The notes: generated by a model from the sequence alone, not told the origin. Numbered from the stretch's first letter, positions 46,893 to 57,471 are shown. The stretch: 64,000 nt of DNA from a virus (IMGVR_UViG_3300045996_002560:1774-65773); one strand, 5' to 3'. A program made the numbers and translations.

Positions 46893-48878
46893 TCAAAGCG
46901 GGGAGACACCAACCACGCCGGCCGAGAACGTCACGGTGGCGCCGAGCCGGTTGACGAACATGACGGTGCCGGCATTGGTCGTGCTGACCAGGAACTCGCC
47001 GGCCGAGCCGCTGGCGCTGCTGATCGTGCCGGTGAGCAGGTTGAAGTCCGCATGCTCCGAGATTGCCCCGATGGACGGCGTGCCCACCGTCTTGCAGGCA
47101 ACAACCGCCTGCCGGATTGTCCCGGCATGCACGGCCACCAGCAAAGTGAAGTAGTCGACCGGAGGGCGGAAGATCACCGTGGCGTTGTTGGCGACCGATC
47201 GAGTGATGTAGGTGTTGCTTTCGATCAGCCTGCCATTGCTCTGACAGCCGATCTGGAAACGGGTCGAGCGCGCGACGTTCTCCAGCGGCTCGACATGTCC
47301 GCTCGGCCAAATGGTGAAGTCTTCGAGGAAGTCGGTGCCGTTGTGTGCCGTGAACTCAACTGCGTACTTGCCATAGGCGACCGACTGGCCACTGTCGGCG
47401 CGAACGACATAGCCGGTGATACCCGTGCCGGCGACTAGGCAGCTTGCCCGGATCTTGAGTGGGCCGTGCATGTGGTTATGCCGGCTGGGCGAGGCGTTGG
47501 TGTTGTAGCCGCCGTAGAACTCGTGATTGACCCAATGCCGCAGCTCGTACATGTCGGCATTGATCTTCAGATCGCAGAAGCGGGCCGTGCCGCGCCAGAC
47601 ATCATGTCGGCCTGTCGAATTGCGCACGCGGACATTGCCGACCACGCCATAGGCGGCATTCGAGCAGATCGGCGCGAAGCCGTCCGTGACCGTTGTTGGC
47701 TTGCCGCAATCGATCAGATTGACATTGCTCAGCGAGATTTCGGAAACGGTGCCCTCGGCTACCGGATCGGCCGAGAACTCACCCCAGAGCAGCAGACCAG
47801 CCCACTCCGAGCCTTGCACCACCACGTTGGAGATCAGGCAGCCATTGGTGTAGGCGTCGTTGCTGGTGCCGCCCTCATAGGTGATGCCAATATCGGCATT
47901 CTCGATGAACAGCCCATCAACGATGTTGCGCCGCGGGCCGCTCTGGAGCGAGACGCCCTTGCCGCCGCCGCGACCGATGTCCGAGACGCTCGACAGCAGC
48001 GCCGCGAGATGCGCGCCACCGTGTCGGACATTGCAGATCTTCAGCCCGCCGCCGATGAACAGGCGATAGCCGGCGCCGCCAAGATCGGAGCGACCCGAGG
48101 CGCCGATCGCGTTGCAGTTGCCGATGAAGTTGGCGTCCAGCGTGCCATGGCCGAACACGGCGACATCGACATCGGAGCGGATGCGGACCAGTCCGCCCTC
48201 GTCATCGTCGTTCGCCGCGATCAGGTTGCCCTCGACCTGCAAGGACACGTAGTCCTCCAGGTCGATCTGCACGTCGGCCAGGAGCGTGAACCCGGCGGGC
48301 AGCAACAGGAGCTGCTTCTCTTGCCGCGCCGTGGCGCGCGCCGTTGCCCAGTCGATCATGTCCTGGATGGCACCGCTGGCGCAAGGGCCAACCAGCACAT
48401 CACCAGCCGTGACCGTGGTGAAGGCAGCGGCACTCAACTCGACCGTCGTGGCGTTAGTGACGCTAGCGATCGTCGCCGCATGCGTGGTGGCGCCACCGAC
48501 GCTGAATGTGAAGCTGCGCCCCGCCCCGGCGATCGTCACCCGCTTGCCGACATCAGCCGACGTGAACGAGGCGCCCGTGACGACAAGCGTCGCATCGGCA
48601 GCCGTGATCGCACCCGCCGCCGCGAACTTTTGAACGGCGGCCAGCTCCTCGTAATCGAACGGGGTCACCGCGTAGTCGGTGAGCTTGTCGGCCAAGGTGC
48701 GAGCACGGGGACGCCCCAAGGCTTCATCAGCCGCAAGAGTTAACCCCCCGCCCAGCGTCTCCCGATTAACCTTCCCACTACCACGGGTGCGGCTATCGAA
48801 GCTGATCAGAGCGTCAGAGGGCAGATCATCGTATTCGAGACCGGCGGTTTCTCTGTTGAGCTGAACGAAGGTGGTCAC
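46893..48878 (-). CDS. Beta-helix spike/fibre protein
   Basis: ARTLADKL.D..VTPFDY, AIQ..ID; Gly/Asn-rich beta-helix; N-terminus shared with 18589-20940. Confidence 0.75.
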   Translation of the reverse strand: MTTFVQLNRETAGLEYDDLPSDALISFDSRTRGSGKVNRETLGGGLTLAADEALGRPRARTLADKLTDYAVTPFDYEELAAVQKFAAAGAITAADATLVVTGASFTSADVGKRVTIAGAGRSFTFSVGGATTHAATIASVTNATTVELSAAAFTTVTAGDVLVGPCASGAIQDMIDWATARATARQEKQLLLLPAGFTLLADVQIDLEDYVSLQVEGNLIAANDDDEGGLVRIRSDVDVAVFGHGTLDANFIGNCNAIGASGRSDLGGAGYRLFIGGGLKICNVRHGGAHLAALLSSVSDIGRGGGKGVSLQSGPRRNIVDGLFIENADIGITYEGGTSNDAYTNGCLISNVVVQGSEWAGLLLWGEFSADPVAEGTVSEISLSNVNLIDCGKPTTVTDGFAPICSNAAYGVVGNVRVRNSTGRHDVWRGTARFCDLKINADMYELRHWVNHEFYGGYNTNASPSRHNHMHGPLKIRASCLVAGTGITGYVVRADSGQSVAYGKYAVEFTAHNGTDFLEDFTIWPSGHVEPLENVARSTRFQIGCQSNGRLIESNTYITRSVANNATVIFRPPVDYFTLLVAVHAGTIRQAVVACKTVGTPSIGAISEHADFNLLTGTISSASGSAGEFLVSTTNAGTVMFVNRLGATVTFSAGVVGVSPL

Positions 48879-48892
48879 TTGTTTTCCTCTCG

Positions 48893-50875
48893 TTAAGCCG
48901 CCAGGGCGCCGGTCGATTTGAACACAGGCGGGCTCCAGCTGACCGCCAACCCCGACCCGCTGGCCGTGGTGGCAACGGCAAGGGTGACGGTGCTGCCCGA
49001 GATCGCCACGATTTTGCGCGCGGTCGCGTCGCCGCTAATCAGAAGGTATTGGCCCTTGCGCAGCAGAGTCGTGCTGCTGACCGATGTCAGGCTGGTGCTG
49101 GCCGCGGCTGTGGCTGTGATCGCCAGCGTGCCGACCGTGCCGGGCTCCGTGCAGATCGACTTCCAGTTCGATCCAGCGCTGGGCTCGGCCAGCTGGATCT
49201 CCTCGCCGCGCTCAAAGCTCAGCGCGGTTGCGGTCGGCGTCAAGGAAGACACGAGCCCCTTGGTCGAGGCGCCGATATTAATGTTCTTGGTGTTGGCGCT
49301 GTTCGAGCTGAAATACTGCGGTCCCACAACTGTCCGCGTACCAGCCTCATTGAGGCCATAGCGATGCCGGCGCGAGCCGCTGTCCGTGCCGGAGAAGAAA
49401 TTGCCGACGATGATATTCTCGACACCGGTGTTGCGAATGCCGTCATAGGTCGCGACACTGTCGCCAGAGTTCTGGCCGATCAGGTTGCCGGTCACGATGT
49501 TGCGCAAGCTGGCGGTGGCCAAGTCGATACCGTCGCGCTCCATGCCGGTGATGTTGTTGCCTTGGATCAGGCAGTTCGCGCACTCGACATAGATGCCCTT
49601 GCCGTTGGTGTCCTGGTCGAACCCAGTGATCGTGTTGTTCTGGCAGGAGCCGCCGCTGTCCTCGCCCGATGCCGCGGCCAGGAGATTGATCACCCCCATG
49701 TACGAGTCGGCCGAGTGCCCCCCCTCGCAATTGTAGATGTTGTTCTCGCTGATACGGCTGCGCTTAGTGGTGCCAACGTAGAACCTGACGACCTGATCGG
49801 CCTGGTTCTGCTGCACCTGATGACCATAGTCGTAGGTGCCGCTATCCGTGCCGGGGTCGATCCAGATGCACGAGGCGATGCTGTCCTCTGACTTGATCGA
49901 ATAGGTGGTCGTCGCATCCGGCGTGACCGTCCAGGCATCCTTGACCGTCGCTACCTTGGTCGTCGCGTTGTTCGCGGTGATGACACCCACCTGACCCGAA
50001 CCAGTTCCGCCGGTCAGCGTGATGATCCGGCCCTTGTAGAGGTCCGTCGTGCCAGCGTTGTCTGAAGCCAAAGTGATCGTGCTGGCAGCACCAGCTTGTG
50101 CGGTGCCAGTGACCGCCGTCACGTGCAGGCCGCCGCCGGAGCTGTGGAAGCGGTTGCTGTAGATCCGCTCGCCGCGCTGCGTGTCAGAATTGCCAGCGTT
50201 CGCGGAGGTGGCCGCGGGCTCGACATAGACACCCTGCACGCACCCCGCATGGATGTTCCACGAGTATTCCCAATTGCGGGCGCGGACATCCAAGGAGCGA
50301 TAGAGCCCGAAAAACGCGCAGCGGCTGATCCAGCCGTCCCAGTCGGCGTTGTCGTTTGTGCGGCGGATCTTGACGCCGATGCAGGTGCCACCTTGGCCAG
50401 CGTTGAAGATGTCGCCGTCGCCGTAGAGCTGCATGCCCCAGAGTGAGAAGTTCTTGTACTCGGAAAAGATCAGGTTTTTGCCGGCTTCGACGCAACGTAG
50501 CTGTGGCAGCCGGAACCCCTGCTCACCAATCAAGGTGATGTCGGCGCGCGGGATAACGAGGCAGTTGCCGTCATTGTCGTCATCTGAGATCGAATAGAAA
50601 TACTTCGGCCAGGAAACGAGGTTGTTGGCGGCTGGCGGCGGAAAGTACAGCGAGCCATATTGTGGAACCTGATCGAGTGCCGCCTGAATGCCAGCTGTGC
50701 TGTCGTTTGCGCCGGTCTCGTCAACATCGAAGTCGCGGATATCGACCCGCATCCCGCCGGCCGATATCTTGTCCAAGATGGATCGAGAGATCTGCCCCGT
50801 AGCCGCATCGGCAGAGATCGACAGCGCCGTTGAGCTTAAATCAACCGGTGAGGGGAAGGAGATACGCTTGCCCAT
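48893..50875 (-). CDS. Beta-helix spike/fibre protein (pectin lyase-like)
   Basis: VDIRDF....G.NDSTAGIQAALD..LYFPP; repeated I.GN.I turns. Confidence 0.8.
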   Translation of the reverse strand: MGKRISFPSPVDLSSTALSISADAATGQISRSILDKISAGGMRVDIRDFDVDETGANDSTAGIQAALDQVPQYGSLYFPPPAANNLVSWPKYFYSISDDDNDGNCLVIPRADITLIGEQGFRLPQLRCVEAGKNLIFSEYKNFSLWGMQLYGDGDIFNAGQGGTCIGVKIRRTNDNADWDGWISRCAFFGLYRSLDVRARNWEYSWNIHAGCVQGVYVEPAATSANAGNSDTQRGERIYSNRFHSSGGGLHVTAVTGTAQAGAASTITLASDNAGTTDLYKGRIITLTGGTGSGQVGVITANNATTKVATVKDAWTVTPDATTTYSIKSEDSIASCIWIDPGTDSGTYDYGHQVQQNQADQVVRFYVGTTKRSRISENNIYNCEGGHSADSYMGVINLLAAASGEDSGGSCQNNTITGFDQDTNGKGIYVECANCLIQGNNITGMERDGIDLATASLRNIVTGNLIGQNSGDSVATYDGIRNTGVENIIVGNFFSGTDSGSRRHRYGLNEAGTRTVVGPQYFSSNSANTKNINIGASTKGLVSSLTPTATALSFERGEEIQLAEPSAGSNWKSICTEPGTVGTLAITATAAASTSLTSVSSTTLLRKGQYLLISGDATARKIVAISGSTVTLAVATTASGSGLAVSWSPPVFKSTGALAA

Positions 50876-51195
50876 TACTTGCCCCAGATCACGGTCAGGT
50901 CGGGGCTGGTGGCACCGGTCAGGCTCAGAGCAATGGCGCTGTAGGAGAGAATATCCACGGAGTAGACACGATCCACGTCGAGATCGTCAGCACCATTGAT
51001 GGTGATCCAGTGGGCATCCGTGGCCAGAACGGGGGTCTCTTCGTAGCTCACCTGTAGGGCGATGGTGCCGCTGCCCGCCGTGCCCTTAATAGCCACGTCG
51101 AAACTGTCACGCACCGAAGGCTTCGCATTGGAGCGAAGAAGGACGCGACCATTGTCCTCCAGGGTGGATTCATTGAAATTGGTGGAGGTGGCCAT
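50875..51195 (-). CDS. Small beta-rich virion protein (possible spike base)
   Basis: FDVAIKGT..GTIALQVS...W pattern; between portal and spike genes. Confidence 0.5.
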   Translation of the reverse strand: MATSTNFNESTLEDNGRVLLRSNAKPSVRDSFDVAIKGTAGSGTIALQVSYEETPVLATDAHWITINGADDLDVDRVYSVDILSYSAIALSLTGATSPDLTVIWGK

Positions 51196-51197
51196 AA

Positions 51198-52667
51198 CTA
51201 TTTCACCTTCTTCTTGACATTATTAGATTTGGCGGACTTGGACCCAGGCGAGGCCACGGAGCGACCTAGAGGATCTGAATTGGGGGACACACCTTCGGCA
51301 TCAACTGAAGCAGTTTGAGGCGCCATGAACCCGGTGCCCGACAGCTCGGGTGCATCCGGAAGCGGCAGCCTGCCGTACATCTCGAGGCTGTACTCGATGT
51401 CGCTGATGATGCCGAGGCTCAGGTCCTGCAACAGGCGCGCGGAGCGCATGACGAGCTGGCTCTCCAGCTCCGTCTCCGGTCGCAGTTCCACCGGTCGGTA
51501 GTACACCTCACAGGTGCCCTGGAAACCGTTCAGCTGGAGCAGCAGGCTCAGCATCCCGGACCAAATGTCGGCGATCGGGAAGTTGATGCTGTCGGCGTTC
51601 ATGCAGGCGATGCGGGCCTCAACACTTGCCGTGTTCACACCGCTGTCGCCACGACCGATCGTGGTGGCCAGCACCTTCAGACCAGCCTGGTTCTGTCCGT
51701 TGAGCACGTCGATGACGCTGTCGATGTTCAGCGCAGCGCCCGGGCTCTTCTCGTTGAGGATGGACACCTCGACGGAGTCGGTGTGGATGTACGCTTGGTC
51801 CGGTCGGATCGACCCGAAGCTGCTCTGGATTTCCGCCATGCGGGCATTGACCCACTCGCGGGTCTTCGAGCTGTCCAGCTTTATGTCGGAGGGCACCGAC
51901 TTTTGCAGGATCTCCTCGACAACCTTGATGTCCGTGCGGGGGAATCCGGTGATCCGCATGATTCGGTACAGGTCGTTGATGACCTGTTGGCGCGCAGCCA
52001 GTGTGTTGATCGCTGCAACGAACGGCGAGTACGTGTAGACCGAGGTGGGGTCGCGACGATAGAAGGAAACGAAGAAGGTCGGGATGTCCAGGTTAATCTT
52101 ATCGTTCGATCCCTTCACCACCTGAAGCGGCTTGTACTGGCCCGGGTTCTTCTCCACCCATTCCAGGCTGGCCGGGTCGACCTGACGCACCTCAGAAGGA
52201 ACACCCTGCTTGTTGAACACCAGCTCGGCAGCGATCATGCCTCGCATGAGCAGCATGGTCCGCATGTCGGCGTCGATGGACTCCCGGCTCTGCTTGAGCT
52301 GGAAGCCCAGGGAGTAGTCGAGCCGGTTGGTCAAAACGCGGATGTAGTCATAGGCCAGCTTGGTGGCGTCGGCGTCGATGACGCCCTGGAAATCACGCGC
52401 CAGGATGACCGGCTCGGTGTTGGCAAGGGTGAGATACGAATGAAAAGCGGCGGAAACGTCGGGGTCCGTCTTCATCAACTGCTTGATGAGTGCCCGACTG
52501 TCTTCCGCCGCACGTGAATCAAAAATATCAACAAGATGTTCACGGTATAATGGTGCCGTTACGATACCAGTCGTGCTTCCCCGGTCGTACGTCCCTGTAT
52601 AACCAGTGCCGCCGCTCTTGTTTGTCTTTTTCGGAGCTATGAAATTCAGGAAATTTTGCAGCGCCAT
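51198..52667 (-). CDS. Portal protein
   Basis: 489 aa directly after terminase; helical; DPDVSAA, Y..SP...A. Confidence 0.8.
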   Translation of the reverse strand: MALQNFLNFIAPKKTNKSGGTGYTGTYDRGSTTGIVTAPLYREHLVDIFDSRAAEDSRALIKQLMKTDPDVSAAFHSYLTLANTEPVILARDFQGVIDADATKLAYDYIRVLTNRLDYSLGFQLKQSRESIDADMRTMLLMRGMIAAELVFNKQGVPSEVRQVDPASLEWVEKNPGQYKPLQVVKGSNDKINLDIPTFFVSFYRRDPTSVYTYSPFVAAINTLAARQQVINDLYRIMRITGFPRTDIKVVEEILQKSVPSDIKLDSSKTREWVNARMAEIQSSFGSIRPDQAYIHTDSVEVSILNEKSPGAALNIDSVIDVLNGQNQAGLKVLATTIGRGDSGVNTASVEARIACMNADSINFPIADIWSGMLSLLLQLNGFQGTCEVYYRPVELRPETELESQLVMRSARLLQDLSLGIISDIEYSLEMYGRLPLPDAPELSGTGFMAPQTASVDAEGVSPNSDPLGRSVASPGSKSAKSNNVKKKVK

Positions 52668-52718
52668 CCGATTTTTCGTTGAATGTATGATGCTGTCATG
52701 TAAGTTGAACCGCGTCGG

Positions 52719-54437
52719 TTACAAGTGGAAGAGACCCCTGTTCTGACGCTTCAAGGCTATGATACCGTCCGGAATTGTCGTGACCTGCGCTCCACCGAAA
52801 CCGACAGTGGTTCTGACGTCCTCGCCATTGAGTTCGTCGATCGCTCCCTTCAGCCGAATGGCGAACAGGTAGAAGGAAATCGCGTGGAAGTAGTGGTCGC
52901 CACCGGTCAGTTTCTTCCATACCGCGGGTTTCTCCGGCGTCTCATCCCGGATGAGGTCTCTTAGATGGTCGATCACCGTCCGGCGCTGCTCGCGGTAGCC
53001 TTCCATGCGCAGCGCACGCTTCCGGATGATCTTGCTGACCTGATCCAGGACCTGGGTGCGGTTGCATTGGACGTGGGTGATCGATTCGTACTCGTCCTTG
53101 ACGAACGAGAGCGGGGCCACGCCACGATATTCGACCGGCATGACGCGCCCGTTGGAGAGATGACGCAGATTGTCGGCGTCGTTGGTGTAAGGATGACGGT
53201 CCACCGTGCCCATGACCACCCGGTACTGGCGCAGGAACTGATCGACGCGGGCCTCGAGATCGGCGATCTGACACGTCTCCATGAGGAAGATCCCCTTGCC
53301 AGGGGTGCCCAGCACGATGTGACAGGTGAGACCAACGTCAATCCCGATGAAAACCGGGTCGTCCGAGCTGATTTCCGGCTGCGCCGGGGCGCCCATGCAG
53401 GCGATGATGTCCTCCTCGCTCAGCCGGATGTTCGAATCGGTGTAGGACTCGCCCAAAACGGTGTTGTACCAGCTGCGAAGGTTGTCCTGGTCCTTCGCTT
53501 TGAGCAAACGCCCGAAAATGTACGGGATGGTGAGCCGGTGGGTCGAAAATGGCCGCACCCGATAGCCCCGCTTGAGAATTCGGGACGGATAGGCAGCCAC
53601 CCACTCCCTTTTTGACGGGTCCGTCAGGTCCAGCGGGCTCCGGCACTTCTCACAGCACACATAGGCGTTGAGAAGGTCGGTTTTCTCCATGATTTCGGCA
53701 TCGACGGTCGAAAAATCCTCCAGATCGTGCGGTAGACCCTCGATTTGGATGAATTTCGGCATGAAAAGGGGCACTTGCCGCAGGTTGCAGGCGTCGCAGC
53801 GGACAAAATATTCCCGCTGGTCGCTGCTCTCATATTCCCGATCGATCCCGACGCCGGTGAACGTCGGCGTGCTGAACGCCTGTGTCATCTTCAGATCGGA
53901 GTTCTGAAGCCGGGACTGGAACAGGGCGATCATCTTTTCGTCGGACAGGTCCAGCTCGTCGTGGAACAGGATGTCCAGCGGCAGCGAGGTGGCGTCCTTT
54001 TCCGTGCAGCCGGTGATGTAGAGGAAGCTCTGACCGATCTGGACCACGCCCACGGTGCGCACCGCCCCTTGATCGCTGTCCAGGTTGAACACGCGGTCCT
54101 GCTCGAGGATCGGACGGAACCGGGTCTGGCTCATCCGCTTGAACATCTCCTCGAACGGCAGTGAGAACAACGCGTTGACGCCGCTGGAGCGCTTGAGCAG
54201 GCCCAGAATTTTCCGGATCTGGACTTCGGACAGGCCGACCTGGGAGCATTTGATGCAGGCCAGGTCCGGGTGCATGTCGTCGACGATCGCTTGCTGGAAC
54301 TCATAGCCCCGATACGAGAAGGGGCGCCCCTTCATGGTCGTGTTTTTGGCCACCCATTGGGACATCGAGATAGTCTCGCGGTCCTCCACGTACCGGTTCT
54401 GCATTTCGGTGAGGAGATTCGAAATCAAAAGGTTCAT
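52719..54437 (-). CDS. Terminase large subunit (GpA-like)
   Basis: KCSQVGLSE, Walker B ILFHDELD, FSTPT, CxxC pairs, IGIDVG, DHYFHA. Confidence 0.9.
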   Translation of the reverse strand: MNLLISNLLTEMQNRYVEDRETISMSQWVAKNTTMKGRPFSYRGYEFQQAIVDDMHPDLACIKCSQVGLSEVQIRKILGLLKRSSGVNALFSLPFEEMFKRMSQTRFRPILEQDRVFNLDSDQGAVRTVGVVQIGQSFLYITGCTEKDATSLPLDILFHDELDLSDEKMIALFQSRLQNSDLKMTQAFSTPTFTGVGIDREYESSDQREYFVRCDACNLRQVPLFMPKFIQIEGLPHDLEDFSTVDAEIMEKTDLLNAYVCCEKCRSPLDLTDPSKREWVAAYPSRILKRGYRVRPFSTHRLTIPYIFGRLLKAKDQDNLRSWYNTVLGESYTDSNIRLSEEDIIACMGAPAQPEISSDDPVFIGIDVGLTCHIVLGTPGKGIFLMETCQIADLEARVDQFLRQYRVVMGTVDRHPYTNDADNLRHLSNGRVMPVEYRGVAPLSFVKDEYESITHVQCNRTQVLDQVSKIIRKRALRMEGYREQRRTVIDHLRDLIRDETPEKPAVWKKLTGGDHYFHAISFYLFAIRLKGAIDELNGEDVRTTVGFGGAQVTTIPDGIIALKRQNRGLFHL

Positions 54438-54511
54438 GACACTATCCTCGACGGACGACCATTGGCATCCCCAGGATTTCGACCATCTATGTGGAAAGGA
54501 GAACGCATTAC

Positions 54512-54991
54512 GTGGCTTACTACCCCGATGTGAAGGATGATTACTTCATCCCTCTAATGACCATAATGATGAGCTACAGGAAAGATCCTGACTACCTAGG
54601 TAGGGATTGTCCCTACTCGGCACAAGCTATTTCGTTCTTGACTAGCCTCGCCAGCGGAGAAACCGGCGGAATGGTCGAGGAATACTTGGGACACCGTCTC
54701 GACAAATGGTCAGCGGTGGAGCGGGAGAGCCTGGCTCTCTATGAGGAACTCAGACAGGTGGGAGACGCACTCGACGGAGACGATACAACCGCGGCCTTGC
54801 AGACGATCAAGACGAAGACCCAGTTGCTCGACAAGCTGTCCCAGATCGGCGAACGCGCCAAGTGGATGAAGCAGCTTCACACGTTCAACACCATCGTGCT
54901 CAACGCGATGGAAACGCACATGAGCCCGGACCAGCGGTCCGACATCATGGCCAAGCTCCGTAACACACTCACACAAGGTGAAGACATTTGA
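54512..54991 (+). CDS. Helical protein, possible terminase small subunit
   Basis: RBS AAGGAG; divergent from terL; no other TerS candidate seen. Confidence 0.4.
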   Translation: MAYYPDVKDDYFIPLMTIMMSYRKDPDYLGRDCPYSAQAISFLTSLASGETGGMVEEYLGHRLDKWSAVERESLALYEELRQVGDALDGDDTTAALQTIKTKTQLLDKLSQIGERAKWMKQLHTFNTIVLNAMETHMSPDQRSDIMAKLRNTLTQGEDI

Positions 54992-57471
54992 CTATCTTCG
55001 GTACCTATGCCCCCTTCTACTGGGCGAAGAATCTCCCCGTCATCCCCCTCACCACGCCCACCAGCGGTGGTGCCGGTGCTGGCAAGCGTCCCGTCCACAG
55101 CGAGTGGTCGCGGTTCCAGAACGAACCGGTGTCGCCCGACGAAATGCGCCTCTGGGTTGAACAGTTCCCGGACCACAATCTCGGGCTGGTGCTAGGTCCA
55201 CAGTCCGGTGTGTGCGTGGTCGACATCGACACCTACGACACCCACGTCCAGGACATCATCAAGCAGGCCCTGCCGCTGTCGCCCTGGGTTCGGGTGGGAC
55301 GCAAGGGCGCCGTGTTCGCCTACCGCTACAACGGCGTCGCCTCGTTCCAGATCAAGGATCACGAGCGCAAGGTGATCGTCGAGTTCCTGAGCGCCGGTCG
55401 ACAGGTCGTGCTGCCGCCGTCGATCCATCCTGACACCCGTCAGCCCTACATGTCCAACAGCAACCTGTGGGATGTGATCGATCACTTGCCGGAGCTGAGC
55501 CCGCACGTCGAGGACATCCTCCGACAGGCGCTGCTTGCCAAAAACGTCCAGTTGTCCACGTCCGGCCTCGTGAAGCTGACCGAGTTTGTGCCCGAAGGCG
55601 CGCGCGACACGGAGATGGTTCGCCATGCCGGACTCTGGGCTGGGACAGTTTGTCGCGGGGAGCGCACACTGCTCGAAGCCCTGGGCGAAATGGAGCACTG
55701 GTGCAAGACCTACGTGCAGTCCGTCGCCGGGGATGAGATTGATTTCCGCAAGGGTCAGCAGCGGATCATCCAGTACCTGACCATGGATGTGACCGGTCGG
55801 GCGAGGAAGCCTCTACCACGTGGTTGGGACAAGGGACTCACCGATCAGGATAAGCTAGACCTTGGTTTGATCTTCGACGAGACCCACGTCGAGTGGAGTC
55901 TGGAGGAGATGATCTCGTACCTCCAAAAGAAGTTCGAGGCCCACAGCAACGACGCCCAGGAGCGGGCGGAGGCTGTGAATTTCGTCCTAGAGCGACTTGC
56001 CCGGTCGAGAAGCATTGACAATCTTGCAACCGACAGGCTACTAAACTGGATCAGCAGCCAGTCGCGTTTGAACATGACGTTCTCCAGCCTAAAAACCAGC
56101 CTCCGCGAACGGCGGCAGGGAGATTTGCAGGGAAACAACCACGCTGAGTTGGCAGACGCGCTTCTCGATAAGCTGAAGGAACGCAACCACAAGGCGATCA
56201 CGCCTCGTCATGACGAGGACGGGTTTTGGGAGTGGAACGGCGCCCACTGGACGCAAATCCAGGATTCCACCATGCACACCATTGTGGCCGAGGAGTTCGG
56301 TCACATGCAGGCGGCACGGCGTTACGCTGACCACACCGGTATCGTGAAGGTCTTGAAGGACCGGTTGACGCAGCCTCTGATCAAGAACACGCAAGGCGGG
56401 ATCAACTTTGCCAATGGATATCTGACCACCGAGCTAGAACTGAAGCCGCATGATCCGGACTTCGGCGCGATTTACAATATGCCGTACCGGTGGATCGCCG
56501 ACCATGACGAGGAGCACTGCCCAAAATTCATGAAGTTCCTCCACCAGATCTGGGGGCACGACGAGGACTACGAGGAGAAGAAGCAGGCATTGCGGGAAGC
56601 GATGGCCCTCACCCTGTTCGGGAAGGCCACCAGGTATTCCCGGGCGTTCGTCCTCTACGGGTCCTCGCACGCTGGCAAAAGCGAGCTGCTGAACATCATC
56701 ACCGGCCTGATGCCGGAGAATTGCAGCGCGTCGGTACCGCCGACCAAGTGGGACGACAAGTTCGCGCCGGCGCAGATGAACAAGAAGCTGCTGAACAGCG
56801 CAGGAGAACTGAGCAACACGAAACTGATCGACGGCGAGATGTTCAAGCTGATCGTCGAGGGCGCCGAGATTATGGCGCAGCACAAGGGGCAGCAGCTGTT
56901 CCGCTTCCGCCCGATGTGCGCTCAGTGGTTCAGCACCAACTACCTGCCGAAGAGCAAGGATACCAGTGGGGGGTTCCTGCGTCGCTGGCTGATCTTCCAG
57001 TTCACCAAGACGGTCGAGGAAAAAGACCGGGTAATGGACCTGAACAAGATCATTCTCGAGGAGGAGCGTGAGGCGATTTGCGCCTGGGCTTGTAAGGCGA
57101 TCTTAACCATCGAGGCCCGCCGCGGGTTTGCGCTGCCGAAGAGTCACCATATGCTGTTGCAGAACAGCGCTGAGCAGATGAACACGGTTCGGTTCTTCCT
57201 GCGCTCGTCGGGCATGGTTCGGTTCTCGCCCCACATCGAGGTGGAGCCCGTGCCGAGCCACGAGTTGATGACCGCCTATCAGACCTTCACCCTGGGCACC
57301 CTTGGGGGCCATCCGGTGAAGATGCAGGAGTTTGATATCCGGATGATGGAGCTAGCCTCCGAGTTCGGGTTCAAGATGAAGGTAGTGAACACCGACCGCG
57401 GGGAGCAATATTTTGAATATTCCGGTATCATATTGGGGGACAGACGTGGAACTTCTCGTAAAAGAGCTTGA
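54988..57471 (+). CDS. Prim-Pol primase fused to D5/P4-type SF3 helicase
   Basis: VIPL..GKRP, NLGL, VVDID, QVVLPPSIHP; INFANG; LYGSSHAGKS; STN.LP, RRW. Confidence 0.92.
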   Translation: MTIFGTYAPFYWAKNLPVIPLTTPTSGGAGAGKRPVHSEWSRFQNEPVSPDEMRLWVEQFPDHNLGLVLGPQSGVCVVDIDTYDTHVQDIIKQALPLSPWVRVGRKGAVFAYRYNGVASFQIKDHERKVIVEFLSAGRQVVLPPSIHPDTRQPYMSNSNLWDVIDHLPELSPHVEDILRQALLAKNVQLSTSGLVKLTEFVPEGARDTEMVRHAGLWAGTVCRGERTLLEALGEMEHWCKTYVQSVAGDEIDFRKGQQRIIQYLTMDVTGRARKPLPRGWDKGLTDQDKLDLGLIFDETHVEWSLEEMISYLQKKFEAHSNDAQERAEAVNFVLERLARSRSIDNLATDRLLNWISSQSRLNMTFSSLKTSLRERRQGDLQGNNHAELADALLDKLKERNHKAITPRHDEDGFWEWNGAHWTQIQDSTMHTIVAEEFGHMQAARRYADHTGIVKVLKDRLTQPLIKNTQGGINFANGYLTTELELKPHDPDFGAIYNMPYRWIADHDEEHCPKFMKFLHQIWGHDEDYEEKKQALREAMALTLFGKATRYSRAFVLYGSSHAGKSELLNIITGLMPENCSASVPPTKWDDKFAPAQMNKKLLNSAGELSNTKLIDGEMFKLIVEGAEIMAQHKGQQLFRFRPMCAQWFSTNYLPKSKDTSGGFLRRWLIFQFTKTVEEKDRVMDLNKIILEEEREAICAWACKAILTIEARRGFALPKSHHMLLQNSAEQMNTVRFFLRSSGMVRFSPHIEVEPVPSHELMTAYQTFTLGTLGGHPVKMQEFDIRMMELASEFGFKMKVVNTDRGEQYFEYSGIILGDRRGTSRKRA

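Noticed and set aside
18589-48888. Diversity-generating retroelement or invertase shufflon behind the spike repeats
   Set aside because: No reverse transcriptase or site-specific recombinase seen; repeats are direct and N-terminal, and differences are not adenine-specific.
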